Assembly: GCA_016935355.1 (NCBI GenBank)
Contig: JAFGRC010000158.1
Coordinates: forward strand, 796-64,795
DNA length: 64,000 nucleotides
Source of the DNA: Bacteroidales bacterium
Lineage (GTDB): Bacteria; Bacteroidota; Bacteroidia; Bacteroidales; UBA10428
Direction: 5' to 3'
Below, piece after piece: positions 10,560-19,466 of this stretch. A program made the translations under genes and the position numbers. The notes below the pieces were generated by a model, which ran no database searches, was not told the origin of the DNA, and saw only the letters and a list, made by a program, of their open reading frames with translations. Position 1 is the stretch's first letter. Each line of letters starts with the position of its first letter.

Positions 10560-10812
10560 ACTGTACTAAATTTTATCCAATATTAAATATTTTCAGCCAA
10601 AAATGAAACTGTGCTCTTTGAATTCATGTAAACTTCATTAAAGAATTTAAATTGTAAACGAAATGTGAACAAAAACACAAACACAAGCGTAAGAATAGTT
10701 ATATATTGGTGGAATTGCTGCTGATTGATACTGTAAAAGTAAAATTTACAAAGTTCAGCCGGATCAGAATGAATTCCGGCTTCATTATGAAATACAGGCT
10801 AATTCATTTTCT

Positions 10813-11661
10813 ATGAATGTTTCGGATCAGGATTATCAACTGTTTATATATACATTGAAGACCTTTTCAAAATATGACTTCAGTCTGTATTCCGAAAAAT
10901 CAATGAAGCGAAGGTTGATTAAGGTTATGACTGATAATCAAATGAATATTACAACACTGGTTTCCAGACTAAAAAATGACCAGGCATTCGTTGACAGAGT
11001 CGTGAATGAAATTACCGTAAATACAACCGAGCTATTTCGGGACCCGCAGGTATGGCATACACTTCGCTTTTCAGTTTTACCGAACTTCAGGAACAATTCC
11101 GTGATCAATATATGGCATGCCGGTTGTTCAACCGGCCAGGAAGTTTATTCCATGCTGATTCTGCTGAAAGAACTTAACATGCTGGAAAAAACAAAAATCT
11201 ATGCCACCGATATCAATTCAGATGTACTGAAAGTTGCAAAAACAGGAGAATACAGGTACCGCTTTAACCTGGCTTATCTGGATAATTTTGATAAAGTGAT
11301 AAAAGAAAATCCCTTTAACTATGAAGAATACAATGACGTACCCTATGAAAATTACTTCACAATTGACAAGTCAGCTGACTCCATAAAAATGAATGATTAT
11401 CTGAAAGAAAAACCGGTCTTCAAAAAACACGATCTTGTTACAGAAGACAATACCCATTATATAAAATTTGACCTGATCCTTTGCCGGAATGTGATTATAT
11501 ATTTCAGCTATGAATTGCAATGCAGGGTGTTTGATTTGTTTTATAAAAATCTGTACGATACAGGATGTCTTGTTCTGGGATTGCATGAGAGTATTCTGGG
11601 TACTTATTCGGTGAATTTTCACAAGAAGGGACATGTTTATGTTAAAACTCAAATGTCTTGA
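10813..11661 (+). CDS. CheR-type protein-glutamate O-methyltransferase
   Basis: CheR N-domain, then 'VNTTELFRDPQVW' and the SAM-binding signature 'IWHAGCSTGQEVYSMLILL'. Also 'DLILCRNVIIYF'. Confidence 0.85.
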   Translation: MNVSDQDYQLFIYTLKTFSKYDFSLYSEKSMKRRLIKVMTDNQMNITTLVSRLKNDQAFVDRVVNEITVNTTELFRDPQVWHTLRFSVLPNFRNNSVINIWHAGCSTGQEVYSMLILLKELNMLEKTKIYATDINSDVLKVAKTGEYRYRFNLAYLDNFDKVIKENPFNYEEYNDVPYENYFTIDKSADSIKMNDYLKEKPVFKKHDLVTEDNTHYIKFDLILCRNVIIYFSYELQCRVFDLFYKNLYDTGCLVLGLHESILGTYSVNFHKKGHVYVKTQMS

Positions 11662-11752
11662 TGATTATTACATCAATGAAAAACAACAGATTATATTCAA
11701 CAGTAAGATATATCTTAATGAACATATGACGGTTCTTTAAATATTAAGAAAA

Positions 11753-13930
11753 ATGATATCGAAAAACATCAACTTTTTTAAAGGTAAAATACTGCTTCTG
11801 ATTATATTACTGGCCGTTTATACCGCTTCAATACTTTTGGTAAATGCGCTGTTCAGCATTCCGGAAAGCAGGTCAGCTGAGTACGGTAACCGGATTGAAG
11901 CGACCGGGAAAGACATATTGCGGCTTAAAATCATTCAAAGCGACCTGATGTTACATTACAGGCAGGAAATCAATTCATTTGAATCACAAGCTGATCAGAA
12001 TGCAAATGAAGCTGACGCAACCATGCAAAGGGTTACAAACGAAATCAATGATCTGTCCGGCATCCCTCAATTCCGCAAAGATACTGTATTAAAAAGCCTG
12101 CATGCTTTAGTTGCAGCAAACTTCTCCGCGTATTCCCGCAATTTCAGCGCTTTGTTCAGGGCTGTCCGCGAGAGAGGAAACCTGAATACCGGCCTCATCT
12201 CACAGTGGTTGAATCTGAGCAATCAGATGGATGTTCTTTCTTCGGGTTATAACGGATACACCAGCAATCAACTTTCACGGATCCGGCAATTGGAAATAAA
12301 TTACCTGCAAAGCTTCCAGTCCGGATACCTTGAAACCATATCCGGTATACTTGAAGAAGACATGAGCTTAATTGATTTTGAGCGTACCGGTGTGGCACGG
12401 GAAACTTTCTATGATTATATAACTCTGACAAACAGGCTTATTGAAGTGAACAAACGCATTCAAACACCGGGTGATGAAGGATTATTAACACAACTTTCTC
12501 TTGCTTTCGACGACACATTGAATGATTATAACCGGCTGGTGTCTGCCTTTCAGGAGGATACTGACCGTTCAGCATTTCTTTCAAGATTGACCGGATATTT
12601 GCTGGTGCTGATCATCTTTTCGGCTTGCGTGGTCTGGCTGATGAATGCATCAGTAAAACTGATCGTACAGCCTTTAAGTAAAGCCATTGCTTTTTCCGAC
12701 CAGATTTCCCGCGGCATTTTGCCTGAGAAGGAATTGGAGTTGAAGACCGGTAGCGAATTGGGAATTCTGGCCGGTAAACTGAATCAGGTTGTCTCCAAAA
12801 TGAAGGACAAGCTTTATTTTATTAAAGCCCTGAATGAAAAGAAATTTGATGTTTCATTAACACATATTGATGATCAGGACAAGCTGGGTAATGAATTGCT
12901 GTCGGTGCAGAAAAAGATGGTGGAAACAACTGAAGAACAGGCAAAAAATAACGCAGAGAACATGCGCAGGCGTTATATAAACGAAGGACTGGCACGGTTT
13001 GCCGAGATCCTGAGGATGAACAACAACGATATACATACCCTGGGGGATAACTTCATTCAGAATACTGTCAGGTATCTGAATGCCATACAGGGAGGATTGT
13101 TTTTGCTTAACGAAAACCATAATGAAAAAGCAACACTCAGTCTGGTTGCAGCTTTTGCATATGACAGGAAAAAGTATCTGGAAAAAACAATCGAAATCGG
13201 AGAAGGCCTGATCGGAACCTGCGCAATTGAAAAAAGTACCCTGAATCTGACAGAAATCCCGGAAAGCTATATATCCATCACTTCCGGACTGGGAGATACG
13301 CCTCCCGATAACCTTTTACTGGTTCCGGCTTTACATGAAGATGAGCTTATTGGAGTAATTGAAATAGCCGCCCTAAAAAAATTTCAGGATTTTGAGATCA
13401 CCTTCGTTAACGAAGTGTCCAAAAGTCTGGCGGCCACAATTGTTTATGCCCGCAACAATGAACGGACAACGCAGTTGCTTGCAAAATCACAGCAGCAGGC
13501 TCTTGAAATGGCCGAACAGGAAGAGGAAATGCGTCAAAATATGGAAGAGCTGAAAGCGACCCAGGAAGAATCAACCAGACGGGAAGAAGAGTACAAGGGT
13601 ATGGTGGATGCCATCGGGAATTCGGTGTTTATTGTTGAATATGATCTGCAGGGATGCATTCGCAGTGCAAATGAGAAATTATGCACGTTCCTTGGTAAAA
13701 AGTCTGATGAAATAAGCGGTAAAACTCATCATCAGGTGTTTAAAGGAAATCTGGATCCCGATGAAAGCTTCTGGAAAACGTTATGTGAAAAAACCTGCAA
13801 AACCGCACAGGAAACAATCACATCGGGGAAAAGGAAAGAAATTCTGAAGGAACATTTTGCAGCCGTGTATAAATCGGATGGCGTCCCGGTAAAATTCATG
13901 AATTTCATCATTAAGGTTTCATGTGTATAA
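11753..13930 (+). CDS. Membrane sensor: TM, ~270-aa extracytoplasmic region, TM, HAMP, GAF, Glu-rich coiled coil, PAS; no enzymatic output domain
   Basis: Two hydrophobic helices ('ILLLIILLAVYTASILLV', 'LTGYLLVLIIFSACVVWL'). HAMP-like 'IVQPLSKAIAFSDQISRG...LGILAGKLNQVVSKM'. GAF with 'LIGTCAIEKSTLNLTEIPESYISITSGLGD'. Coiled coil 'EEEMRQNMEELKATQEE'. C-terminal PAS-like ~110 aa. Confidence 0.75.
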   Translation: MISKNINFFKGKILLLIILLAVYTASILLVNALFSIPESRSAEYGNRIEATGKDILRLKIIQSDLMLHYRQEINSFESQADQNANEADATMQRVTNEINDLSGIPQFRKDTVLKSLHALVAANFSAYSRNFSALFRAVRERGNLNTGLISQWLNLSNQMDVLSSGYNGYTSNQLSRIRQLEINYLQSFQSGYLETISGILEEDMSLIDFERTGVARETFYDYITLTNRLIEVNKRIQTPGDEGLLTQLSLAFDDTLNDYNRLVSAFQEDTDRSAFLSRLTGYLLVLIIFSACVVWLMNASVKLIVQPLSKAIAFSDQISRGILPEKELELKTGSELGILAGKLNQVVSKMKDKLYFIKALNEKKFDVSLTHIDDQDKLGNELLSVQKKMVETTEEQAKNNAENMRRRYINEGLARFAEILRMNNNDIHTLGDNFIQNTVRYLNAIQGGLFLLNENHNEKATLSLVAAFAYDRKKYLEKTIEIGEGLIGTCAIEKSTLNLTEIPESYISITSGLGDTPPDNLLLVPALHEDELIGVIEIAALKKFQDFEITFVNEVSKSLAATIVYARNNERTTQLLAKSQQQALEMAEQEEEMRQNMEELKATQEESTRREEEYKGMVDAIGNSVFIVEYDLQGCIRSANEKLCTFLGKKSDEISGKTHHQVFKGNLDPDESFWKTLCEKTCKTAQETITSGKRKEILKEHFAAVYKSDGVPVKFMNFIIKVSCV

Positions 13931-13962
13931 ATTTTGTTTATTATGGTCACATGTAACTCGCG

Positions 13963-14013
13963 ATGAATTTTATTCATACTTGTATATGAATTTAGCATGA
14001 TAAAATTCATGCT
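13963..14013. promoter_or_regulatory. Cluster of overlapping inverted repeats built on ATGAAT/ATTCAT half-sites, inside the che-like cluster
   Basis: ATGAATtttATTCAT at 13963-13977. ATGAATTT(9)AAATTCAT at 13986-14010. AGCATGA(6)TCATGCT at 13994-14013. All lie in the 133-nt gap before the second cheR. Confidence 0.25.
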
Positions 14014-14063
14014 CGTTTCATAACAACATATAATACTGGTTTCTGATACAATTTTGAATTGAT

Positions 14064-14882
14064 ATGAACGAGCTTGGTATTATCCACATCAAAGAAATTG
14101 AACGGACCATAAAAAGCATGCATGAGTATGATTTTTCCGGTTATGCAATGACTTCTTTCAAATACAGGCTCGAAAGACTTATGATGAAATATAACATACA
14201 GGAACCGGAACATCTGATTAAGAAAATACAGGATGAGCCGGATTTCTTTGATAATTTTTTATTCGACATCAGCATTCCCTCAACGGAAATGTTCAGGGAT
14301 CCATCTTTGTGGAGATGGTTGCGTGAAGAGTATTTCACAGAATCCATAGGCAAAAACCCGGGGAAATTTAAAATATGGCTACCGCTTTGTGTGTCGGGAG
14401 GAGAATTGTATTCACTTGCTATTCTATTAAGTGAATTGGAATTGCTTGAACAGGTGCAGATTATAGCGACCAGTATCAGTGCAACCAGTATTGACATCAT
14501 TAAAACCGGACAATATGATCTGAAAAAGATTGCCGTATCAGAAGAGAATTACAACCGGGCAAACGGAATAAAAGAGTTATCAACATATTACACCATTGAT
14601 CGTTACTATGCTTACCTTGACACCTCGTTAATTAAGAACGTTGAATTTAATAAAGTAAATATTATTTTTGATCACTCACCACAAAATGTTAAGCTGATCT
14701 TGTTCAGGAACAGCCTGATATATTATAATCCAAGTCTGCAGGAAAGCATTCTAGGGTTACTGCACAGTTCACTTTCTGCCGGCGGGCATTTGATTGTTGG
14801 AATAAAGGAAATCAATTCATTTCGGGACTTTGAAATCGTCAATGAAGCGGAAAGTGTATATAAAAAAAAGCCAGGCAGGTGA
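14064..14882 (+). CDS. CheR-like methyltransferase paralog with a divergent SAM-binding signature
   Basis: The CheR N-domain and 'STEMFRDPSLW' are conserved. The signature reads 'IWLPLCVSGGELYSLAILL' instead of the '...AGCSTG(E/Q)E...' seen in the first paralog. Confidence 0.75.
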   Translation: MNELGIIHIKEIERTIKSMHEYDFSGYAMTSFKYRLERLMMKYNIQEPEHLIKKIQDEPDFFDNFLFDISIPSTEMFRDPSLWRWLREEYFTESIGKNPGKFKIWLPLCVSGGELYSLAILLSELELLEQVQIIATSISATSIDIIKTGQYDLKKIAVSEENYNRANGIKELSTYYTIDRYYAYLDTSLIKNVEFNKVNIIFDHSPQNVKLILFRNSLIYYNPSLQESILGLLHSSLSAGGHLIVGIKEINSFRDFEIVNEAESVYKKKPGR

Positions 14883-14886
14883 AGTT

Positions 14887-15447
14887 ATGAAATATAAAGC
14901 AGTGATAATAGGTGGATCCGCGGGCAGTTTTCAGGTTGTGACCAAAATCCTGAGTGCCTTGCCGGTTTATTTTCCGTTGCCGATGTTGCTGTGTTTCCAC
15001 AGGTTAAAGCATGTCCGTTCCGGTTTTGTTGAAGCATTGTCGCTTAAATCCCAGATCCCCGTTCTTGAACCGTTCGACAAAGAGCAGCTCAAACCCGGGA
15101 AGGCCTATCTGGCTCCGGCAAATTATCATATGTATGTTGAGCTGGCAAACCGTATTGCCTTATCTACAGAAGATACGGTAAACCATTCAAGACCATCGAT
15201 TGATTTAGCCTTTATCACTGCAGCCAATGCCTACCGTGATAAACTGATCGGGATAATACTCTCAGGGGCCAATAAAGACGGGGCCTTTGGACTAAAAAAA
15301 GTGCATGATAACGGAGGATTGACAGTCGTACAGGATCCCAACGAATGTGAAGTAAAAATGATGACCCAGTCTGCTTTGCAACTTACAAAGGTGGATTTCG
15401 TATATACCACTAACCAGATCATAAACCTGCTGTTACAATTGAAATAA
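14887..15447 (+). CDS. CheB-type protein-glutamate methylesterase, catalytic domain only (no receiver domain)
   Basis: 'AVIIGGSAGSFQ' (Ser motif), 'CFHRLKH' (His region) and 'LSGANKDGAFGLKKV' (Asp motif). ATG at 14887 lies 4 nt after the cheR2 stop. At 186 aa there is no room for a REC domain. Confidence 0.8.
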   Translation: MKYKAVIIGGSAGSFQVVTKILSALPVYFPLPMLLCFHRLKHVRSGFVEALSLKSQIPVLEPFDKEQLKPGKAYLAPANYHMYVELANRIALSTEDTVNHSRPSIDLAFITAANAYRDKLIGIILSGANKDGAFGLKKVHDNGGLTVVQDPNECEVKMMTQSALQLTKVDFVYTTNQIINLLLQLK

Positions 15448-15450
15448 GAT

Positions 15451-16236
15451 ATGTTTAATTTGTTTAAATACAGAAAATTGGGGATAATCATACTGATCGT
15501 GATGATCATATCATTTTTGCTTTCTCTGGTGACATTATGGAATTCTCTGCTTGCAAATGAAACACATCAAGAAGGATGGATCGCGTTGTTCATAGTTTTG
15601 TTATTCGGCAGCGGAATATCCCTGTTTCTGATCCTGCACACACTTACAAACCTGGAGAAATTTGATCTTTATGTACAGCGCCTTCTTGAAAATGAAAAAA
15701 CCCTGATGGAAGTACCAGACAAAGATGAAAAAGAAAATCCTGAAAATGAAGCATCAACGGATATAAATGATGTTGAAAAATCTGTGAAAAAAATATTGAC
15801 CGGTATTGATCCAAAGTCCACAGCGGAGTTGGGCGATCAGCTGCTCAGAAATCTTTCAAAAGAGCTTGATTTTGTTCAGGGCATCATGTATATCAAAGAG
15901 CAGAAAAGTAAAAAATTCATTCCTTCAGGAACATATGCACTTAACAGTCAGGAACCGGAGCCTTTCATCATTGGTGACGGTATTGCCGGGGAAGCCGCAG
16001 AAGGAAAAACCATGATCCGGATCACAGATATTCCCGAAAATTATTTCAATGCTTCTTCAGGATTGGGCGATTCCAAACCTAAACACCTCTTATTCGTACC
16101 TGTCGTGTACAAGAATCAATGTATCGCATTGATTGAAGCCGGATCTTTTAAGAAACCCGACAGGCAAACGGAAAAAGTATTATACGGTTTATCCGTTGAA
16201 ACCGGTAAAACTTTGCATAAATTATTAAATATCTGA
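15451..16236 (+). CDS. Membrane-anchored stand-alone GAF-domain protein
   Basis: Two N-terminal TM helices, an acidic linker, then a GAF with 'ITDIPENYFNASSGLGDSKPKHLLFVPV'. This GAF is paralogous to those of the two flanking sensors. Confidence 0.7.
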   Translation: MFNLFKYRKLGIIILIVMIISFLLSLVTLWNSLLANETHQEGWIALFIVLLFGSGISLFLILHTLTNLEKFDLYVQRLLENEKTLMEVPDKDEKENPENEASTDINDVEKSVKKILTGIDPKSTAELGDQLLRNLSKELDFVQGIMYIKEQKSKKFIPSGTYALNSQEPEPFIIGDGIAGEAAEGKTMIRITDIPENYFNASSGLGDSKPKHLLFVPVVYKNQCIALIEAGSFKKPDRQTEKVLYGLSVETGKTLHKLLNI

Positions 16237-18857
16237 TGAAAAGAATCAGGCTATATCGAATTATTCCAAACGTATTGAATTCCAATGCCGTATTAATGGC
16301 TTTTGCTGCAGGCCTGACCTTTCTTCTGGTTACCTGGATATTTGAATTCATTCATACCAGGACACAAGTTACTTTTTACGGTATCTTAGAGATCCATAAA
16401 AACAATCCTTTGTTATTGATATTCGATTCTCTTCCAGTTTTTTATGTAGTCGTTGTATATGTTTTTGAGCGCCGCATTAATAAGGAAAAAATCCTGTCTG
16501 AGTCAAGGTTCACCGAGCTTGAAGAACGCATGAACGCAATGGCAGATTTCGCACAACAGATCGGTCAGGGGAATTACCAGGCAAATCTTAACATTAAAAA
16601 TGATCATGATATTCTGGCTGAATCACTTGTACACATGCGGGACAACCTGATTGAAACCACAAGGAAAGAATCTGACCAAAGCTGGATTGCTGCGGGTAAG
16701 GACAGCATATCCAATTTGCTTCGTATGCATAATAAGATCGATGAACTGGCCAAAAATATTATCAGGGATCTTGTGAATTACATCAAAGCTGTTCAGGGTG
16801 CCATGTATATTTATAACGAAGATAAAAAAACGCTGACCAATATTGCAACATATGCATACAACCGGAACAAGCATGTTTCTCAGGAAATAAATGTCGGTTA
16901 TGGACTGATCGGGGAATGCGCATACGAAATGGACTATATATACCGGACTGAAATTCCCGATGATTATTTTACCATAAATTCCGGCATTCTGGGACAGCAA
17001 AAGCCACAGAGTATGCTGCTGATCCCTTTGATCACGGATGAAAAGCTTCAGGGTGTGATGGAGTTTGCTTCACTCGAAGACCGGATTCCTGAACTTACCA
17101 TACAATTACTGAATGAACTCGGAGAAATCATTGCCCGCACCATTTTCAATCTTAAAGTTACGCAACGGACGGAGAAACTGCTCACGGAATCACAGCAAAT
17201 GACACTTGAATTACAGGAGAATGAGGAAGAATTGCGCCAGAATGCCGAAGAAATGAGGGCTACTCAGGAAGAATTACAGAAGTCAAATGAGCAGCTTGAA
17301 AGTAAGATACTTGAAGTTGAAAATGCTCAGAAAAGGCAATATTCATTGCTGGAAAATGCTTCAGAGATCATATCCATTTATGATGAGAACATGTCCATGA
17401 AGTATGTGAGTCCATCCGTAATCAAAATACTGGGATTCACACCTGAGGAAATGATGCACGGAAAGGATATTGACAGGCTCACAAGAAAAGGGGAAGGAAG
17501 CATGCGCAGCATGTTTACCGAATTGATTGAAGATCCCGAAAAACCAGTTACCATCCAGTACACTTACATGAAGCAGAATGGACAGAAAATATTTCTGGAA
17601 ACCACCGGAAGAAACCTGCTCCATGATGCTGCCATTGGCGGGATCATATTAAATTCCACTGACATAACTGAACGGAAGCGGGCTGAACGGGAAGAAAGAT
17701 TAAAAAGCAAAATGCAGGCTTTATCGGAAAATTCACTGGATCTGATCATTCGCCTGAGCACCGTGGGACAATTCTTTTATGCAAATCCGGTTGTTAAGAA
17801 TTTTATCGGGATCGATCCTTCCGAACTGATAAACAAAACGCTGCAGGAAATAAGCTGCAATGAAAAACTGCTTCAATATTTTAAAGAAACTATTGAAACC
17901 ATCAAATCCAATCCCGATAAGACCTCGGCTGAATTAACCATTCCCGGTGTGATTGACGGTGCAGAAAGTGACAGGATCATGCAATTTGCAGCCATTCCTG
18001 AATTTAACGAAAGTGAGCTGGAAACCATTCTTTTCGTAGGCCATGATATCACTGAAGCCAAGCAAATAGAACTTGAAATACAGGATAAAAACAGAAAGAT
18101 AGAAGATTCCATTAATTACGCCCAGCGCATTCAAAGTTCCATACTTCCTGAGATCAGGCAGGTCAGGGAACTTTTGCCAAAATCATTTATTTACTATAAA
18201 CCAAGGGATGTTGTCAGCGGTGATTTCCCATGGTTTTTCTCGCATGGCAATGATGTGTATATTGCAGCCGTTGATTGTACCGGACATGGTGTGCCGGGTG
18301 CCCTGCTTTCTTTTGTTGGATATTTTCTCCTGAATAATATTGTGGATCATGACCGGAAGTTATCTGCTTCTGAAATATGTGACATGCTGCATCGCGGCGT
18401 TCGGAAAACCCTTAAGCAGGAAAGTCAGGATGCGGAAGCACGGGACGGAATGGATATCGCTTTTTGTAAAATAAGTCATACAGAAAAAGAAGTACAGTAT
18501 GCAGGAGCGCACAGACCGCTTTATCTGCTGCGTAATGGTGAACTGACCGAATTCAAGGGTAACCGTAAAGCCATCGGCGGCATACCCCACAGGAAAAAAG
18601 AGGAGGAAGATTTTACAAATTATGTCATCAAATACAAGCGAGGAGATAAAATTTTCTTCTTTTCCGATGGATTACCTGATCAGCTTGGTGGTCCGGAAAG
18701 CAAAAAATACTCACCAAAGCGCATTCGTGAAATGATCCTTGAAAATAAAGATCTTCCCATTGAAGAATACAACCGTCTATTTTCCAATGATTTTGAACAA
18801 TGGAGAGGAGACGGAAAACAAATAGATGACGTACTTTTAATTGGAATCGAATTTTAA
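16236..18857 (+). CDS. Membrane sensor phosphatase: TMs, HAMP-like, GAF, Glu-rich coiled coil, 2x PAS, PP2C/SpoIIE Ser/Thr phosphatase (SiaA/RsbU-like)
   Basis: GAF with 'RTEIPDDYFTINSGILGQ'. Coiled coil 'ENEEELRQNAEEMRATQEELQKSNEQLE'. PAS blocks. SpoIIE motifs 'AQRIQSSILP', 'VSGDFPWF', 'DCTGHGVPGALLS', 'FFFSDGLPDQ', 'QIDDVLLIGIEF'. The start overlaps the upstream stop (TGATG). Confidence 0.85.
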   Translation: MKRIRLYRIIPNVLNSNAVLMAFAAGLTFLLVTWIFEFIHTRTQVTFYGILEIHKNNPLLLIFDSLPVFYVVVVYVFERRINKEKILSESRFTELEERMNAMADFAQQIGQGNYQANLNIKNDHDILAESLVHMRDNLIETTRKESDQSWIAAGKDSISNLLRMHNKIDELAKNIIRDLVNYIKAVQGAMYIYNEDKKTLTNIATYAYNRNKHVSQEINVGYGLIGECAYEMDYIYRTEIPDDYFTINSGILGQQKPQSMLLIPLITDEKLQGVMEFASLEDRIPELTIQLLNELGEIIARTIFNLKVTQRTEKLLTESQQMTLELQENEEELRQNAEEMRATQEELQKSNEQLESKILEVENAQKRQYSLLENASEIISIYDENMSMKYVSPSVIKILGFTPEEMMHGKDIDRLTRKGEGSMRSMFTELIEDPEKPVTIQYTYMKQNGQKIFLETTGRNLLHDAAIGGIILNSTDITERKRAEREERLKSKMQALSENSLDLIIRLSTVGQFFYANPVVKNFIGIDPSELINKTLQEISCNEKLLQYFKETIETIKSNPDKTSAELTIPGVIDGAESDRIMQFAAIPEFNESELETILFVGHDITEAKQIELEIQDKNRKIEDSINYAQRIQSSILPEIRQVRELLPKSFIYYKPRDVVSGDFPWFFSHGNDVYIAAVDCTGHGVPGALLSFVGYFLLNNIVDHDRKLSASEICDMLHRGVRKTLKQESQDAEARDGMDIAFCKISHTEKEVQYAGAHRPLYLLRNGELTEFKGNRKAIGGIPHRKKEEEDFTNYVIKYKRGDKIFFFSDGLPDQLGGPESKKYSPKRIREMILENKDLPIEEYNRLFSNDFEQWRGDGKQIDDVLLIGIEF

Positions 18858-18880
18858 TAATATAGTAAAACCAAGCGAAT

Positions 18881-19462
18881 ATGGACAAAAAACCAGATGT
18901 TAAAGGCTTTCTTGAGTTTGTATACGAGTTTTATAAAACCATGAAAGCTCACGAAATAACCCTGGTATATGAGGGTGAAATTACGCATCAGATTACTAAA
19001 GCTTTTACATCGCTCACGGAATCAAACATGTCTAAAGATGATGAACCCAATTCAGTGCAGCGGCGGGTATTTCATGTAATGGTCGAATGCCTGCAAAATA
19101 TAAGCAAACACGCTGATGATTTTACTTCACATGATTATTTGTTTTCGGGGAGGGGCATATTCCTGGTAAGCAAAGGTGAAAATGAATACAGTGTTACAAC
19201 CGGCAATGCTGTGGAAAACGACAAGATCGGATACCTGACCGATTTGTTGGAGAGCATCAACACAATGGGGAAGGAAGAGCTTAAAGAGCTTTACAAAAAA
19301 CAGATGAAAGAAGGGAGGCTTTCGGAAAAAGGCGGTGCCGGACTGGGATTCATCGACATTAAAAGAAAAACCAACAGAGAGCTGGAATATCACTTTTTAC
19401 CCATTACAAATGATACTTCGTTTTTTCTGTTAACATCAACCATTTCAAGATCTGATATTTAA
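18881..19462 (+). CDS. SiaB/RsbW-like HATPase-fold Ser/Thr protein kinase
   Basis: 193 aa. N-box-like 'VMVECLQNISKHAD' and G-rich lid 'SEKGGAGLGFIDIKRK'. It sits between a PP2C phosphatase and a DUF1987 gene, as in siaABC. Confidence 0.7.
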   Translation: MDKKPDVKGFLEFVYEFYKTMKAHEITLVYEGEITHQITKAFTSLTESNMSKDDEPNSVQRRVFHVMVECLQNISKHADDFTSHDYLFSGRGIFLVSKGENEYSVTTGNAVENDKIGYLTDLLESINTMGKEELKELYKKQMKEGRLSEKGGAGLGFIDIKRKTNRELEYHFLPITNDTSFFLLTSTISRSDI

Positions 19463-19466
19463 AATT

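Noticed and set aside
10757-10781. The hairpin AGCCGGA-11-TCCGGCT just upstream of cheR1 as a terminator or attenuator.
   Set aside because: The stem is only 7 bp with a large loop and no following T-tract. It is too weak to call.
14830-14886. The track's upstream start for cheB at 14830, which overlaps the end of cheR2.
   Set aside because: The extension 'MKSSMKRKVYIKKSQAGEV' has no CheB counterpart and overlaps cheR2 by 53 nt. The ATG at 14887, directly before 'KYKAVIIGGSAGS', fits the esterase-domain start.
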